64,000 nt of DNA from Pirellulales bacterium (GTDB lineage: Bacteria > Planctomycetota > Planctomycetia > Pirellulales > JAICIG01): NCBI GenBank assembly GCA_040901675.1, contig JBBDYJ010000011.1:32001-96000 (forward strand). The letters run 5' to 3'. Below the pieces are notes generated by a model. That model was not told where the DNA came from and ran no database searches. It was given only the letters and a program-made list of their open reading frames with translations. Below, in pieces: positions 40,027-49,061 of this stretch. Position 1 is the first letter of the stretch, and the number at the start of each line of letters is the position of its first letter. Made by a program: the position numbers and the translations under genes.

Positions 40027-40541
40027 TCGGTTCGGACGACCGCCGTGCGGAACTGAATCGAGTCCAGCGGCACCAGCGCGCCCTTGACGGGCTGTCCCGA
40101 GTTCGATGCCGCCTTGGACCACGGGACGGCATAGGCCGCTACCTTGCCCCCCGTCAACTCGGCCACGTAAACCACCGACGCCCCAGGCTGGATCTGGCCC
40201 CCGCCTCGCCGGAGCTGGGCCTGACCGGTCACCATCAGGTATTTTGGGTTCTTGGCTACGTCGACGTTGAGTGCAGTGAGGATATTGGTTTGATACAAGG
40301 CGTTGAACTTGCCGTTGATCGGGCTGAGCACGGCCGCCCTCAGGTCGCCGGTCAAAAAGTCGAGGAAAAAAACCGCCTCCATTTCTGCGTCCACCCAGCC
40401 GGTGGCGATGGCGAAGTTCTCCTGGCGGTCGGTGGCCACGGCCTCCAGCGGACGATGGGGCAACAAGCCCGCCGCCACTATTCCGACCACAAACCCCGCG
40501 ACCAGTGCCGCGACCCGGCTCCGCTTGAACGCCTCCACCAT
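40023..40541 (-). CDS. Planctomycete-type hypothetical exported protein
   Basis: N-terminal TM segment, FAIATG, FFLDFLTGDL and YLMVTG; ATGA overlap with thiS. Confidence 0.7.
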   Translation of the reverse strand: MVEAFKRSRVAALVAGFVVGIVAAGLLPHRPLEAVATDRQENFAIATGWVDAEMEAVFFLDFLTGDLRAAVLSPINGKFNALYQTNILTALNVDVAKNPKYLMVTGQAQLRRGGGQIQPGASVVYVAELTGGKVAAYAVPWSKAASNSGQPVKGALVPLDSIQFRTAVVRTE

Positions 40542-40704
40542 GGCTGCTCTCCCTATCCGCAAATACCGCCAGTACTTCGCCCGCCGTCAGGCATCGTACC
40601 GCGCGCCGCCGTTGAATACCAGTAATTCTCCAGCCCTACTTGCCGGCCCGGTGCGCCCGGCTTGCCGGTCTCCAGGGAATGCCCATTTTTTGCCGGCGGC
40701 GTAC

Positions 40705-40802
40705 GGTGGCTGGGGCAAAGTCCCGGCGCGCGGCTCGACTGAGCTCGCCGAAGTCCGGGATACCCCAGTTGCGATGTGACAAAGTTATTTTTCGGCCGAT
40801 CC
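40705..40802 (+). repeat. Partial MITE/family-A hairpin with a variant inner palindrome carrying the 24-nt unit (40731-40754)
   Basis: GGTGGCTGGGGCAAAG...TACCCCAGTTGCGATGTGAC..AAGTTATTTTTCGGCCGATCC followed by TAA. Confidence 0.88.
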
Positions 40803-40806
40803 TAAT

Positions 40807-40836
40807 GCAGTGTGGTCCACTCGCTCCGCGAGTGGT
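40807..40836 (+). repeat. REP family B hairpin (CCACTCGC-TCC-GCGAGTGG)
   Basis: Core GTGGTCCACTCGCTCCGCGAGTGGT is identical to the two copies at 52876 and 52906. Confidence 0.85.
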
Positions 40837-40950
40837 CGACGCATTTTTTGCTGGCGGCCCGCCGCACTTTTGCTACAAGATAGAGGCATTCGATAGTTCA
40901 TTGACCTAACCGCATCTTGAGACAGTCGCTCTTGCCAGGAGACAAATGAC

Positions 40951-42147
40951 ATGGCCACCAACGGAGCGCTCAATCGAAAACTGCGTCAGGCATTGGTTGG
41001 CGGCGGCCAGGGAGCATTTATCGGCCGCGTGCACTGCACGGCCGCCGTGCTCGACAACCGGGCCGCCCTCGTGGCCGGGGCCTTGTCGAGCAACCCCGAA
41101 CGTGCCCGGGCCTCGGCGCCCGATTACGACATCCCGCCCGAGCGGGCCTATGCCTCGTACCGCGACTTGATCCAAGGCGAGCTCACACTCCCGGCCGACC
41201 AGCGGATCGACTTCGTCTCGATCGCCACGCCCAACCACACCCACTTCGAAATCGCCAAGGCGGCCGTCGAAGCCGGCTTCAATTGCATCTGCGACAAACC
41301 GATGACGTTCGACCTCGACCAGGCCGAAAAGCTGGCCGACGCCGTCGACAAGGCCGGCGTGGTCTTTGCCGTGTCGCACAACTATACCGGCTACCCCCTG
41401 GTCCGGCAGGCCCGCGAGATGGTCCTGGCCGGCGAACTGGGCGAGATCAACGCCATCCGATCCAACTACATCCAGGGTTGGCTGCGCACCAGGCTCGAAT
41501 CCGACGACCAGAAGCAGGCCGCCTGGCGGACCGACCCGGCCAAGAGCGGCGCAGCGGGCTCGTTCGGCGACATCGGCACCCACGCCTACAACCTGGCCCG
41601 TTACATCACCGCCGAGCTGCCCGAATCGGTCAGTTGCCATTTGAAGATCTTCGCCCCCGGCCGCAAGCTGGACGACTACGGGCACGCCGTCATCCGCTTC
41701 GAGAACGGCGCACTGGCCACGGTCACCGCCTCGCAGATCAGCCACGGCCGCGAGAACGACCTGTTTATTGAAGTCGATGGCACCAAGGCCGCCCTGGAGT
41801 GGCACCAGGAAGAGCCCAACAAGCTGCTGGTCCGCCGCAACGGCCAGCCGCTCGCGGTATATAGCCGCAATCCCAACGCACCCTACATGACCCAGGGGGC
41901 GGCCGCGTCCTGCCGTCTGCCGGGCGGCCACCCGGAAGCGTTTTTTGAAGCCTTCGCCAACATCTATCGCGCCGCCTACGACGCCATGGTCCTGCGGGCC
42001 ACGGCCAAGAACTTTGAAAAAGTGAACACCATCTATCCCAACGTCAACGACGGCGTCGAGGGCATGTACTTCATCCAGCAGTGCGTGGCCAGCAGCAAGG
42101 AAAACGGCGCTTGGCTGCCGCTCAAGCATCCGCGTGCACGCAAATAA
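40951..42147 (+). CDS. Gfo/Idh/MocA family oxidoreductase
   Basis: [20 protein letters not shown] and GDIGTHA. Confidence 0.92.
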   Translation: MATNGALNRKLRQALVGGGQGAFIGRVHCTAAVLDNRAALVAGALSSNPERARASAPDYDIPPERAYASYRDLIQGELTLPADQRIDFVSIATPNHTHFEIAKAAVEAGFNCICDKPMTFDLDQAEKLADAVDKAGVVFAVSHNYTGYPLVRQAREMVLAGELGEINAIRSNYIQGWLRTRLESDDQKQAAWRTDPAKSGAAGSFGDIGTHAYNLARYITAELPESVSCHLKIFAPGRKLDDYGHAVIRFENGALATVTASQISHGRENDLFIEVDGTKAALEWHQEEPNKLLVRRNGQPLAVYSRNPNAPYMTQGAAASCRLPGGHPEAFFEAFANIYRAAYDAMVLRATAKNFEKVNTIYPNVNDGVEGMYFIQQCVASSKENGAWLPLKHPRARK

Positions 42148-42152
42148 AGACC

Positions 42153-43412
42153 ATGACCTACAGCGACCGGCCACGCGAGCGCGTCGAAGTGGTTTGTCCC
42201 ACCTGCCACGCCCGGCTCAATCCCAGGGCCGAGTGGGCCGGCCGCAGCGTCCGTTGCCCCGATTGCCATTCCGCCGTTCTGGTGCCCGATCCACGACCCG
42301 CCCAGCCGGCCCCGCCACCGCCCCGCAACTTGGGAGAATACGGTGTCCGCGACCCGGCAAAGGGGGCCGCCGAACCGCCCGAAATCTACCTGGTGGTCTG
42401 TCCACAGTGCCGTGCGCGGCTCCATCCCCGTCTTGACCAGGTCGGCTGGCGGGCGCGGTGCCCCGACTGCGATACCCGCTTCGTCCTGCCGCCGCCCCGC
42501 CCGTCCGCTCCGGAACCCGTGCTGGCCGAGCCGGGCCAGTACGGGCTAGGCGCGCAGGCCGACCGAGGCGAGACGCCGATGGAGTACCTGGCGGTTCAGG
42601 TCCGCCGCCCAGCGGCCGAGGAATCCGCGCCGGTCGAACTTCCGCGGCTGTGGCTGGTCAAGGGGGTCTTCGACTTTCCCTTACAGCGCGATGCGGCCGA
42701 CCGCTTGCTGATCCTCTCGCTGCTGGGCGTTGCCGCCAGCGGGATGACCCTCTTCGGCCTGTGGGTCATCGGGTTCACCATGCTGGCCGCCCCCTTCTTC
42801 GCACTGGCCGCGGGTTGGCTCTGGTACTGGACCATCTCGTTCGGCGCAGCTTGCATCATGGGCATTGTTCAGGATACGGCTTCGCGCAGCGCGGAAGTGT
42901 ACAATTGGCCCGAAGGCGATTGGCGGACCTGGACCTGGCCGGCCCTCTATCTCGGCTACCAGTTTGCGCTGTCCGTGGCGGCCGGCTACCTGGCCGGTCT
43001 TCCCCTGACGGCCTTGCTCGGGCCTGGCTCGGCGGCCGTGTCGCTCCTCGTGGTATTCCTGCTGTTCCCGATCCTCCTGCTGTCGTCGATGGAGGCCGAC
43101 TCGCCGTTCATGCCTTACTCGCCGGTGGTCCTGGCGGGCCTGGTGCGCGATTGGTGGGCCTGGGCAGCGGTCTATGCAATCGTCGCCCTGTCGTTGGGAA
43201 CCTGGCTCGTACTCACCGTGGCGGGACTCGTTTACGCGCCGCTTCTGACGGTGTTGTTCGCCGTCCCGTCGCTAGCGGCGCTGGCATTCATCTGGGCGCG
43301 GCTGCTGGGCCGCTTGGCATGCCGCGCCGGCACGCAGAAGCCCAAGCATCCCCGCCGTAAGCGGCCGCCACCCAAGGCGGCCCTCAATACCGCCGGTCCT
43401 GGGCCCGCATGA
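42153..43412 (+). CDS. Double Zn-ribbon polytopic membrane protein
   Basis: Two modules of CPxC..RL.PR....G...RCPDC followed by about six TM segments. Confidence 0.7.
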   Translation: MTYSDRPRERVEVVCPTCHARLNPRAEWAGRSVRCPDCHSAVLVPDPRPAQPAPPPPRNLGEYGVRDPAKGAAEPPEIYLVVCPQCRARLHPRLDQVGWRARCPDCDTRFVLPPPRPSAPEPVLAEPGQYGLGAQADRGETPMEYLAVQVRRPAAEESAPVELPRLWLVKGVFDFPLQRDAADRLLILSLLGVAASGMTLFGLWVIGFTMLAAPFFALAAGWLWYWTISFGAACIMGIVQDTASRSAEVYNWPEGDWRTWTWPALYLGYQFALSVAAGYLAGLPLTALLGPGSAAVSLLVVFLLFPILLLSSMEADSPFMPYSPVVLAGLVRDWWAWAAVYAIVALSLGTWLVLTVAGLVYAPLLTVLFAVPSLAALAFIWARLLGRLACRAGTQKPKHPRRKRPPPKAALNTAGPGPA

Positions 43413-44073
43413 TCAGGTAGAGCAGCGTCAAAAGCGACTGCAGCGTGGCGGCCACGTAGGTCCAGGCGGCCGCGTTGAGCACCTTTTCGACGTAGACCAG
43501 GCCTTGATGGTCGATAATTCCCAGCGCCACCAGTTGCTGCTTGGCCCGCGTGCTGGCATTGAACTCGACCGGCAAGTTGACCACCTGGAAGAAAACCACG
43601 CCGCCAAACAGCGCAATGCCCGCCCACATCAGGCCAGCCCCCCACGTCGTACCACTGGCAAACAGACCGATAATGAACAGCAGCATGCTGAATCCGCTGC
43701 CGAAGTTCGCCAGCGGCACGGCCGCGTTGCGGACCACCAGGGGGGCATAGTTATGCGCATCCTGGATGGCGTGTCCCGCTTCGTGGGCGCCGATGCCCAC
43801 CGCCGCCAGCGTTCGGCTCTGATACACCTGGGGGCTCAGCCGCAAGACCTTGTGGCGCGGGTCGTAGTGATCGGTCAATTGACCGGGAATCTGCTCGATC
43901 TCGATCATGTCCAGGCCGGCCGAGTCGAGCACTTGGCGGGCCGCCGCGGCGCCGCTTAGCGAGGCCGGCATCCGCTGTGCCTCGGCATACGTCGAGCGGA
44001 CCTTGGCCTGCGCCCAAAGCGCCAGCAAAATGGCCGGTGCAAGGACTATAAAGTACAAGGGGTCAAAAATCAT
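43384..44073 (-). CDS. Neutral zinc metallopeptidase (YugP-like)
   Basis: LTDHYDP, AHEAGHAIQ, LPVEFNAS.RA and AAAWTYVA. Confidence 0.9.
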   Translation of the reverse strand: MIFDPLYFIVLAPAILLALWAQAKVRSTYAEAQRMPASLSGAAAARQVLDSAGLDMIEIEQIPGQLTDHYDPRHKVLRLSPQVYQSRTLAAVGIGAHEAGHAIQDAHNYAPLVVRNAAVPLANFGSGFSMLLFIIGLFASGTTWGAGLMWAGIALFGGVVFFQVVNLPVEFNASTRAKQQLVALGIIDHQGLVYVEKVLNAAAWTYVAATLQSLLTLLYLIMRAQDRRY

Positions 44074-44091
44074 CCGATGGTTCTCCAGATC

Positions 44092-44229
44092 GTAGAACGG
44101 AACTTCATTCCGTTTCTGCCCAACCCCGCCATATTCGATTCGCTTGCCGGCAAGCCATATTAGCCGGCCAGCTTTCCCTGTATTGTACGCAAGCGGCGTA
44201 GTCCCCGTAGAACGGAATTCGTTCCCTTT
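44092..44229 (+). repeat. Two GTAG-type REP family C copies (44092, 44207)
   Basis: GTAGAACGGAACTTCATTCCGTT and GTAGAACGGAATTCGTTCCCTT, compared with GTAGAACGGAATTCATTCCGTTC at 45475. Confidence 0.75.
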
Positions 44230-44371
44230 CCTCTCCCGGTTTCCGTCACCCGTTTTTCTCCCCCCGGGCGACGGAAACGCATGATCCCCTGACCCGCCGC
44301 AAAATCATCCAAAACTGCCCATATTATCCAGTTCACTGGAACCAGCGGTTTCGCCATGCTATGTTCGCGGT

Positions 44372-45478
44372 ATGCCTCTCGCGCGCAAGATCCTCGGATT
44401 GCCGGCGTGGCAGGGACTGCTGCTGTCCGCCCTGATCGCGGCAGGACAACCAGGCTGTTCCCCGTCCACCGCCAGTCAGCCGCAGGCCAGTCAACACGTC
44501 AAGTCGGCAAGCGCCCTGGGCGCCTCGTCAGCCAGTCAGCCCGATGAACAACTGCGCGAGCGCATCGACCGCGTCATCGCCTTCACCCGCCGCCGGCATC
44601 TCAGCCCGCAAGTACACAATGCCTGGCAAGTGGTCCACGGACTCTTGGCCTTCGGCCGCCAGCTCAGCTTGAACGACAACGGCAAGCTCGTCGGCGCCCT
44701 GGACTACCTGCTGCAGGGTGGCGAGCTGAAAGGCTGGAAAATGCTGCCGGGCGAAAAGGGCCTCGAAGCCCTGCTCGAACCGGGCACCAAGAGCGGACAG
44801 GGGCACGAGGACCAGTGGCTCGGTTATCTCTCGCAGTGCGGTCTGGCGGCCGAGGAAACAATCGTCGTCCAGGGACAAACGTTTTATATCTCGGACCTGG
44901 TCACCCAAGCTCAGTGGGACGTGCGCGAGGGGGTCGAGGCGACTTGGACCCTCATGGCGCTGGGCACGTTTTTGCCGCTCGACGCCCGCTGGCAGGCCAA
45001 GGACGGCAGTCAGTGGTCGCTGGAACGGATCATCGAATCGGAAGCTGGCCAGGAGCTGGCCGGCAGTGCCTGCGGAGGCTCGCACCGGTTGTATGCCATG
45101 GCCGTGACCTTGAACCGCTACCTGGAGGAAGGTGGCGAGTTGAAGGGCGGCTGGCTGGCGGCCGACAAGAAGATCCAGGAGGCCGTCGAGGCCGCCCGCC
45201 GCTTCCAGCAGCCCAGCGGCGCATTCTCCACCAACTACTTTCAGCGGGCCGGAACATCCGCCGACGTCGGCCTGCGGATCAACACCACCGGCCACGCCCT
45301 GGAGTTCCTCGCCGTCGCGCTGCCCCAGGAGCGATTGGAGGAACCGTGGGTCGCCAAGGCGGTTGCCTACCTGTGCGGCCTGCTGGAGCAGACCCAGGAC
45401 CTGCCGCTGGAGTGCGGCGGCCTGTATCACGCCGCTCACGGCCTGGCCTTGTACCGCGAGCGGATCTACGTCCCGTAG
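44372..45478 (+). CDS. Planctomycete-type hypothetical exported protein (possible lipoprotein)
   Basis: Hydrophobic leader with PGC; HNAWQVVHG, QGHEDQWL, ACGGSH and TTGH motifs. Confidence 0.7.
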   Translation: MPLARKILGLPAWQGLLLSALIAAGQPGCSPSTASQPQASQHVKSASALGASSASQPDEQLRERIDRVIAFTRRRHLSPQVHNAWQVVHGLLAFGRQLSLNDNGKLVGALDYLLQGGELKGWKMLPGEKGLEALLEPGTKSGQGHEDQWLGYLSQCGLAAEETIVVQGQTFYISDLVTQAQWDVREGVEATWTLMALGTFLPLDARWQAKDGSQWSLERIIESEAGQELAGSACGGSHRLYAMAVTLNRYLEEGGELKGGWLAADKKIQEAVEAARRFQQPSGAFSTNYFQRAGTSADVGLRINTTGHALEFLAVALPQERLEEPWVAKAVAYLCGLLEQTQDLPLECGGLYHAAHGLALYRERIYVP

Positions 45479-45497
45479 AACGGAATTCATTCCGTTC
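45475..45497 (+). repeat. GTAG-type REP family C hairpin overlapping a stop codon
   Basis: GAACGGAA-TTCA-TTCCGTTC perfect 8-bp stem; the TAG of GTAG is the stop of 44372..45478. Confidence 0.8.
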
Positions 45498-45519
45498 CCA
45501 CCCGTAGAACTTTCAACGC

Positions 45520-45798
45520 CTAGGGCATGGTCCGGCGGGGTCGGGCGGCCATGACGTACAGCGCCAGAACGATCACCGCGCCGACGACCGACATTATAAA
45601 GCCGGCCGGCCGGAATGGGTCGTGAGGGCCGCCGGTGAACAGCCACGAAAGAAACCCACCGGCCAGCGAGCCGACGATTCCCAGCGCCATGGTCATCACC
45701 CAGCCCATCGCCTGTCGTCCGGGGACCAGCAGTCTGGCGACGGCTCCGGCGATCAGGCCGAAGACTGCCCAAATAATGATCGCGCCCAAGGTCTCCAT
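45520..45798 (-). CDS. GlsB/YeaQ/YmgE family stress-response membrane protein
   Basis: GLIAGAVARLLVPG, LGIVGSLAGG and SVVGAVIVL; GGAGG ribosome-binding site. Confidence 0.9.
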   Translation of the reverse strand: METLGAIIIWAVFGLIAGAVARLLVPGRQAMGWVMTMALGIVGSLAGGFLSWLFTGGPHDPFRPAGFIMSVVGAVIVLALYVMAARPRRTMP

Positions 45799-45876
45799 TA
45801 CCCACCTCCAAACCAGCTCGTTTTCGCCCAATTTGTTTGTCGCTTGCCGTATGCTTGGCCCTTTGCCATGGCCTTT

Positions 45877-45893
45877 TGCACGTTACGTGCCAA
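45877..45893 (-). promoter_or_regulatory. Sigma54 (-24/-12) promoter for the GlsB-like gene
   Basis: Minus strand reads TTGGCACGTAACGTGCA (GG-N10-GC). Confidence 0.7.
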
Positions 45894-46149
45894 GCGATAA
45901 TCAAGCACCGTCCAAAGCGGTGCCGAACCATCTGCGCCCTTCCGTCAGCTCCTTCTTCCCCAACCGGTAGTAAGCGCGGCATCCAGTCCCGCTTCGCGCT
46001 GATCTAACACCGATCAGTGTGGCGGGTTATGGCTCAAGCGACCTGGTCCAAGAGTGCATTTCCACGGATCGGCCGCACGGATGCCCGCTCTGGGCCGCGC
46101 GCCGGGCGGCGGTTGGGGCGGCCGCTTACGGCAAGCCTATCCACCGATC

Positions 46150-46166
46150 TTGGCACTGATCTTGCA
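46150..46166 (+). promoter_or_regulatory. Sigma54 (-24/-12) promoter for the general stress protein gene
   Basis: TTGGCACTGATCTTGCA (GG-N10-GC, near consensus). Confidence 0.75.
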
Positions 46167-46242
46167 GCCTCGTGCAGCTTCGTCCCTGCACCAGGCAGGA
46201 TTCCGCTGGCCGACAACGCTGATTTTGAAAGGGAGCCAAGCA

Positions 46243-46989
46243 ATGGCAGCGACTACTCGACAAACCGCCGTGGGAATCTTTACCGACTTGCGACTGGCCC
46301 AGGAGGCCATCGAAGAGCTGCACAAGGCCGGTTTCCGTGAGGACCAGATCGGCGTGGTTTCCCGCGACACCGAAGGGGCATCAGTCCAGACCGCCGTCCC
46401 CGACGAAGGAACCAAGGCCGGCGAAGGGGCCGTGGGGGGCATGATCGCCGGTGCCGGAGTCGGAGGCTTGTGGGCCATCGGGATCGCCGCCGGCTTGCTG
46501 CCCGCCATCGGTCCGGTGATTGCCGGCGGCGTCCTGGCCAGCATTCTCGCCAGTGCGGCCGCGGGCGCAGCCGCTGGAGGCCTGATTGGCGCCTTGATCG
46601 GCCTGGGCATTCCGGAGGAAGAAGCCCGCTACTACGCGGGCGAGTTCCAGGCGGGCCGCACCATTGTGACGGTGCAGGCAGCCGATCGCTTTGCCGAGGC
46701 GACCAACATCCTCAAGCGTTCTGGGGCCGAGTTGGCCCCCAGCGGCCTGGCGTCGGTCGCATCCTCGACCACACCGCCGCAGGGCACTGCCGCCACGGCC
46801 GGCATGTCCGCTGGCGAGTCGCCCGCCATGGGTGGCGTGCGCCCTCACGAAGAGGCGGTGATCGAGCGCAATCCAGTTCCCGAGGCCGGAGTCCCCGACA
46901 CCGACGTGGGCACGACGCACGCCGAACACTTGCGGCGCGAAGAGCGCGTGGAGCATCGTGGTGACGACGCCGGCACCACCCCCCGCTAG
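46243..46989 (+). CDS. General stress protein (YflT/glycine-zipper type) with a YsnF-like C-terminal remnant
   Basis: VGIF...AQ.AI.EL...GF, Gly-zipper, GIPEEEA.YY...G..IVTV, HEEAVIER and LRREE; GGGAG ribosome-binding site. Confidence 0.8.
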   Translation: MAATTRQTAVGIFTDLRLAQEAIEELHKAGFREDQIGVVSRDTEGASVQTAVPDEGTKAGEGAVGGMIAGAGVGGLWAIGIAAGLLPAIGPVIAGGVLASILASAAAGAAAGGLIGALIGLGIPEEEARYYAGEFQAGRTIVTVQAADRFAEATNILKRSGAELAPSGLASVASSTTPPQGTAATAGMSAGESPAMGGVRPHEEAVIERNPVPEAGVPDTDVGTTHAEHLRREERVEHRGDDAGTTPR

Positions 46990-47112
46990 CACGGGTGCGC
47001 GCCCTTGTTGCCCTGCCAAAACCCCGCAACGCGACGGCGTGCTACCGCTGCGCAGGACGCCGCCCGTCCGCCGAAGGCGTAAGAAGCAACGCCACCCAGC
47101 CCGGCACCCGCC

Positions 47113-48639
47113 CTACGACGCCAGGGCGGCCCGCGTGCGCTCGACAAGACGGTTGTCACTGTCGCCCGAGCCGCGGAGGTTGAATACGCTGGCCGCCAGG
47201 TAACGGTCGCGCCAGTTCGGCGAAACGTGCCCGTAGTCCTCCAGCACGGCCGAGCTGAACTTGTAGTCGTGCGAATTCGTCCCCTTGAAGAATACCTGCA
47301 AGCGGGCGCCGTCGATGAACGGCCGCACGTCGCCGCGGCCCTGAGTATAGGCCAGCACCTTTCGAGCGGCCGACATCCGGTCGCGGCTGATCTCCGCCAG
47401 AATCTCATCCACCGCCGGCTGGGCCGACTCGGCGGCGGCCGGCTCAATCTGAGTGATGTCCACGTCGGCCACCGACCCCCGCCCCTTCATCGCCTCCCGG
47501 AACAGCGGCAAGAACGCGGCGTTCTGCAACAACAGCATGCGGCGGTTCTCGTCGCTCGTGCTCGCTTGGTAGGCGTACGTCAGCGCGTTGCTGGTCGTCA
47601 CGGCGTGCAAGGCCACGATCTCTGGCTGCCGCATCAAAAGCTCGCCAGCGCCCACCAACAGGCCATCCCAGATCGATTGCGGCGCAATCCCCGAGTTCAA
47701 CAGCTCGACCACGTGATCGCAAGCCTCCTCGGCCGACCGCTGGCGGAGCGTGGCCAGCAACTCGACCGTGGCCCGGTCGTCCGTGCGGCCCTCTTGCCAG
47801 TCGGCCCGGATGCGGCCTGCGCGGGCCACGTTTTCGCGGCCGGGCCGGTCGGCCGGCAGGTCGGATTGGGAGGGATTTTTTCCCTCGTGCATCAACAGCG
47901 CGTAAGCCAGCGACCGCAGAACGGGCTCGGCGTACTGCCAGCCGATCGAGTCGAGCGTCCGCCAGCTATTGGCCACGAAGATCGCCTTGTGACCGATCGA
48001 GCGGAAATCGCGCGAGCCATACCGGCAGAACAGCTCGAACAGCTCCGCCGGCGTTGCCGAGCGGGCCAGGCCGGCCACGGCCGCGTCGGCCCGCGCTTCG
48101 TCCCAGTTGTCCATTGCCTCGATGAACTCCTGCCGGGCGCGGTCGGCCGGCGGCACCGCCGACTCGTCCACCGCCGCCATCGTCCAGTTGTTCTCGCGCA
48201 CATCCTGCGCCTGGGCATCCTTGAAGTAATCCAGCGCCCAGAAAATCGGCAGCCAGCGGTGCTCGTCGGGCGACCCCAGGCTGGCCAGGTGGGCCGAATT
48301 CACCACCAGCACCGCGTGGAACTTGAAGCCCACGCTCGGCCGCGGCTGCACGTTGCGAACGCCGGCCAGCAGCAAGGCGGCCAGGACCTCGCGGTACGAG
48401 GTGCCCGATTGGATGCGTGCCGCCACTTCTTCCAGCAGCCGCTCGCGCGAGGTCTCCTCCAACACCCGTACCAGCGGCTCGATGTCGGACTGGAACCCAA
48501 CGGCGCCGGGATTGAGTTGTGCCTCTTCGGCGCTGACGCGCGGCAAGCGCGAAAGGAACGCCCAGTTTCCCAGGCCGGCCAGTGCCGTTGAGGTTGCCGT
48601 GGCTTGCAGAAATCGCCTGCGATTCGTGGGCTTGAACAT
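47113..48639 (-). CDS. Tat-exported hypothetical protein with His-rich motifs
   Basis: TNRRRFLQ Tat motif; FKFHAVLVVNSAH, GHKAIF, LHAVTT and HDYKF. Confidence 0.8.
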   Translation of the reverse strand: MFKPTNRRRFLQATATSTALAGLGNWAFLSRLPRVSAEEAQLNPGAVGFQSDIEPLVRVLEETSRERLLEEVAARIQSGTSYREVLAALLLAGVRNVQPRPSVGFKFHAVLVVNSAHLASLGSPDEHRWLPIFWALDYFKDAQAQDVRENNWTMAAVDESAVPPADRARQEFIEAMDNWDEARADAAVAGLARSATPAELFELFCRYGSRDFRSIGHKAIFVANSWRTLDSIGWQYAEPVLRSLAYALLMHEGKNPSQSDLPADRPGRENVARAGRIRADWQEGRTDDRATVELLATLRQRSAEEACDHVVELLNSGIAPQSIWDGLLVGAGELLMRQPEIVALHAVTTSNALTYAYQASTSDENRRMLLLQNAAFLPLFREAMKGRGSVADVDITQIEPAAAESAQPAVDEILAEISRDRMSAARKVLAYTQGRGDVRPFIDGARLQVFFKGTNSHDYKFSSAVLEDYGHVSPNWRDRYLAASVFNLRGSGDSDNRLVERTRAALAS

Positions 48640-48887
48640 GATTTCCCCCCCTGGCCGATGTTTCAGCCGGAACTCGGGTTGCCGCCGCCGTTCGGTTTGG
48701 CGGCTGTGGTCGGATTGAGACACGCCTCTCCGCGTTCGTCGGTGTGCGACATTCATTATAGCGAATGGCGGGGCCGGTAAAACCATTTCGAGCCGCGCGG
48801 GATTCGATCGCGGCATCGAACCGCCAGGCGCAGCACGCCGTTCTACCCTTGGATCTTCGGGCAAGCCGCCGACTACGACGCAGTCCT

Positions 48888-48903
48888 TTGGTACGCCAGT
48901 TGC
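48888..48903 (+). promoter_or_regulatory. Sigma54 (-24/-12) promoter upstream of the AI-2E transporter/terC pair
   Basis: TTGGTACGCCAGTTGC (GG-N10-GC). Confidence 0.65.
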
Positions 48904-49061
48904 CCCGGGCAGCCACCACGCTTGATTGAACGTCTCGTAATGGGCTATTCTCTTGGCGGCCCTTGAGCGCATGGACGCCCTTCCGTGCAGGTGGTTTGCC
49001 GGAGGGGCTTTTGCTGCGCGGCCCCGCCAGGCTCCGCCCGCGCTCCGTGGAAGATTGAACC

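Noticed and set aside
43384..43412. 29-bp overlap of convergent genes
   Set aside because: Short tail-to-tail overlaps are common in GC-rich genomes.
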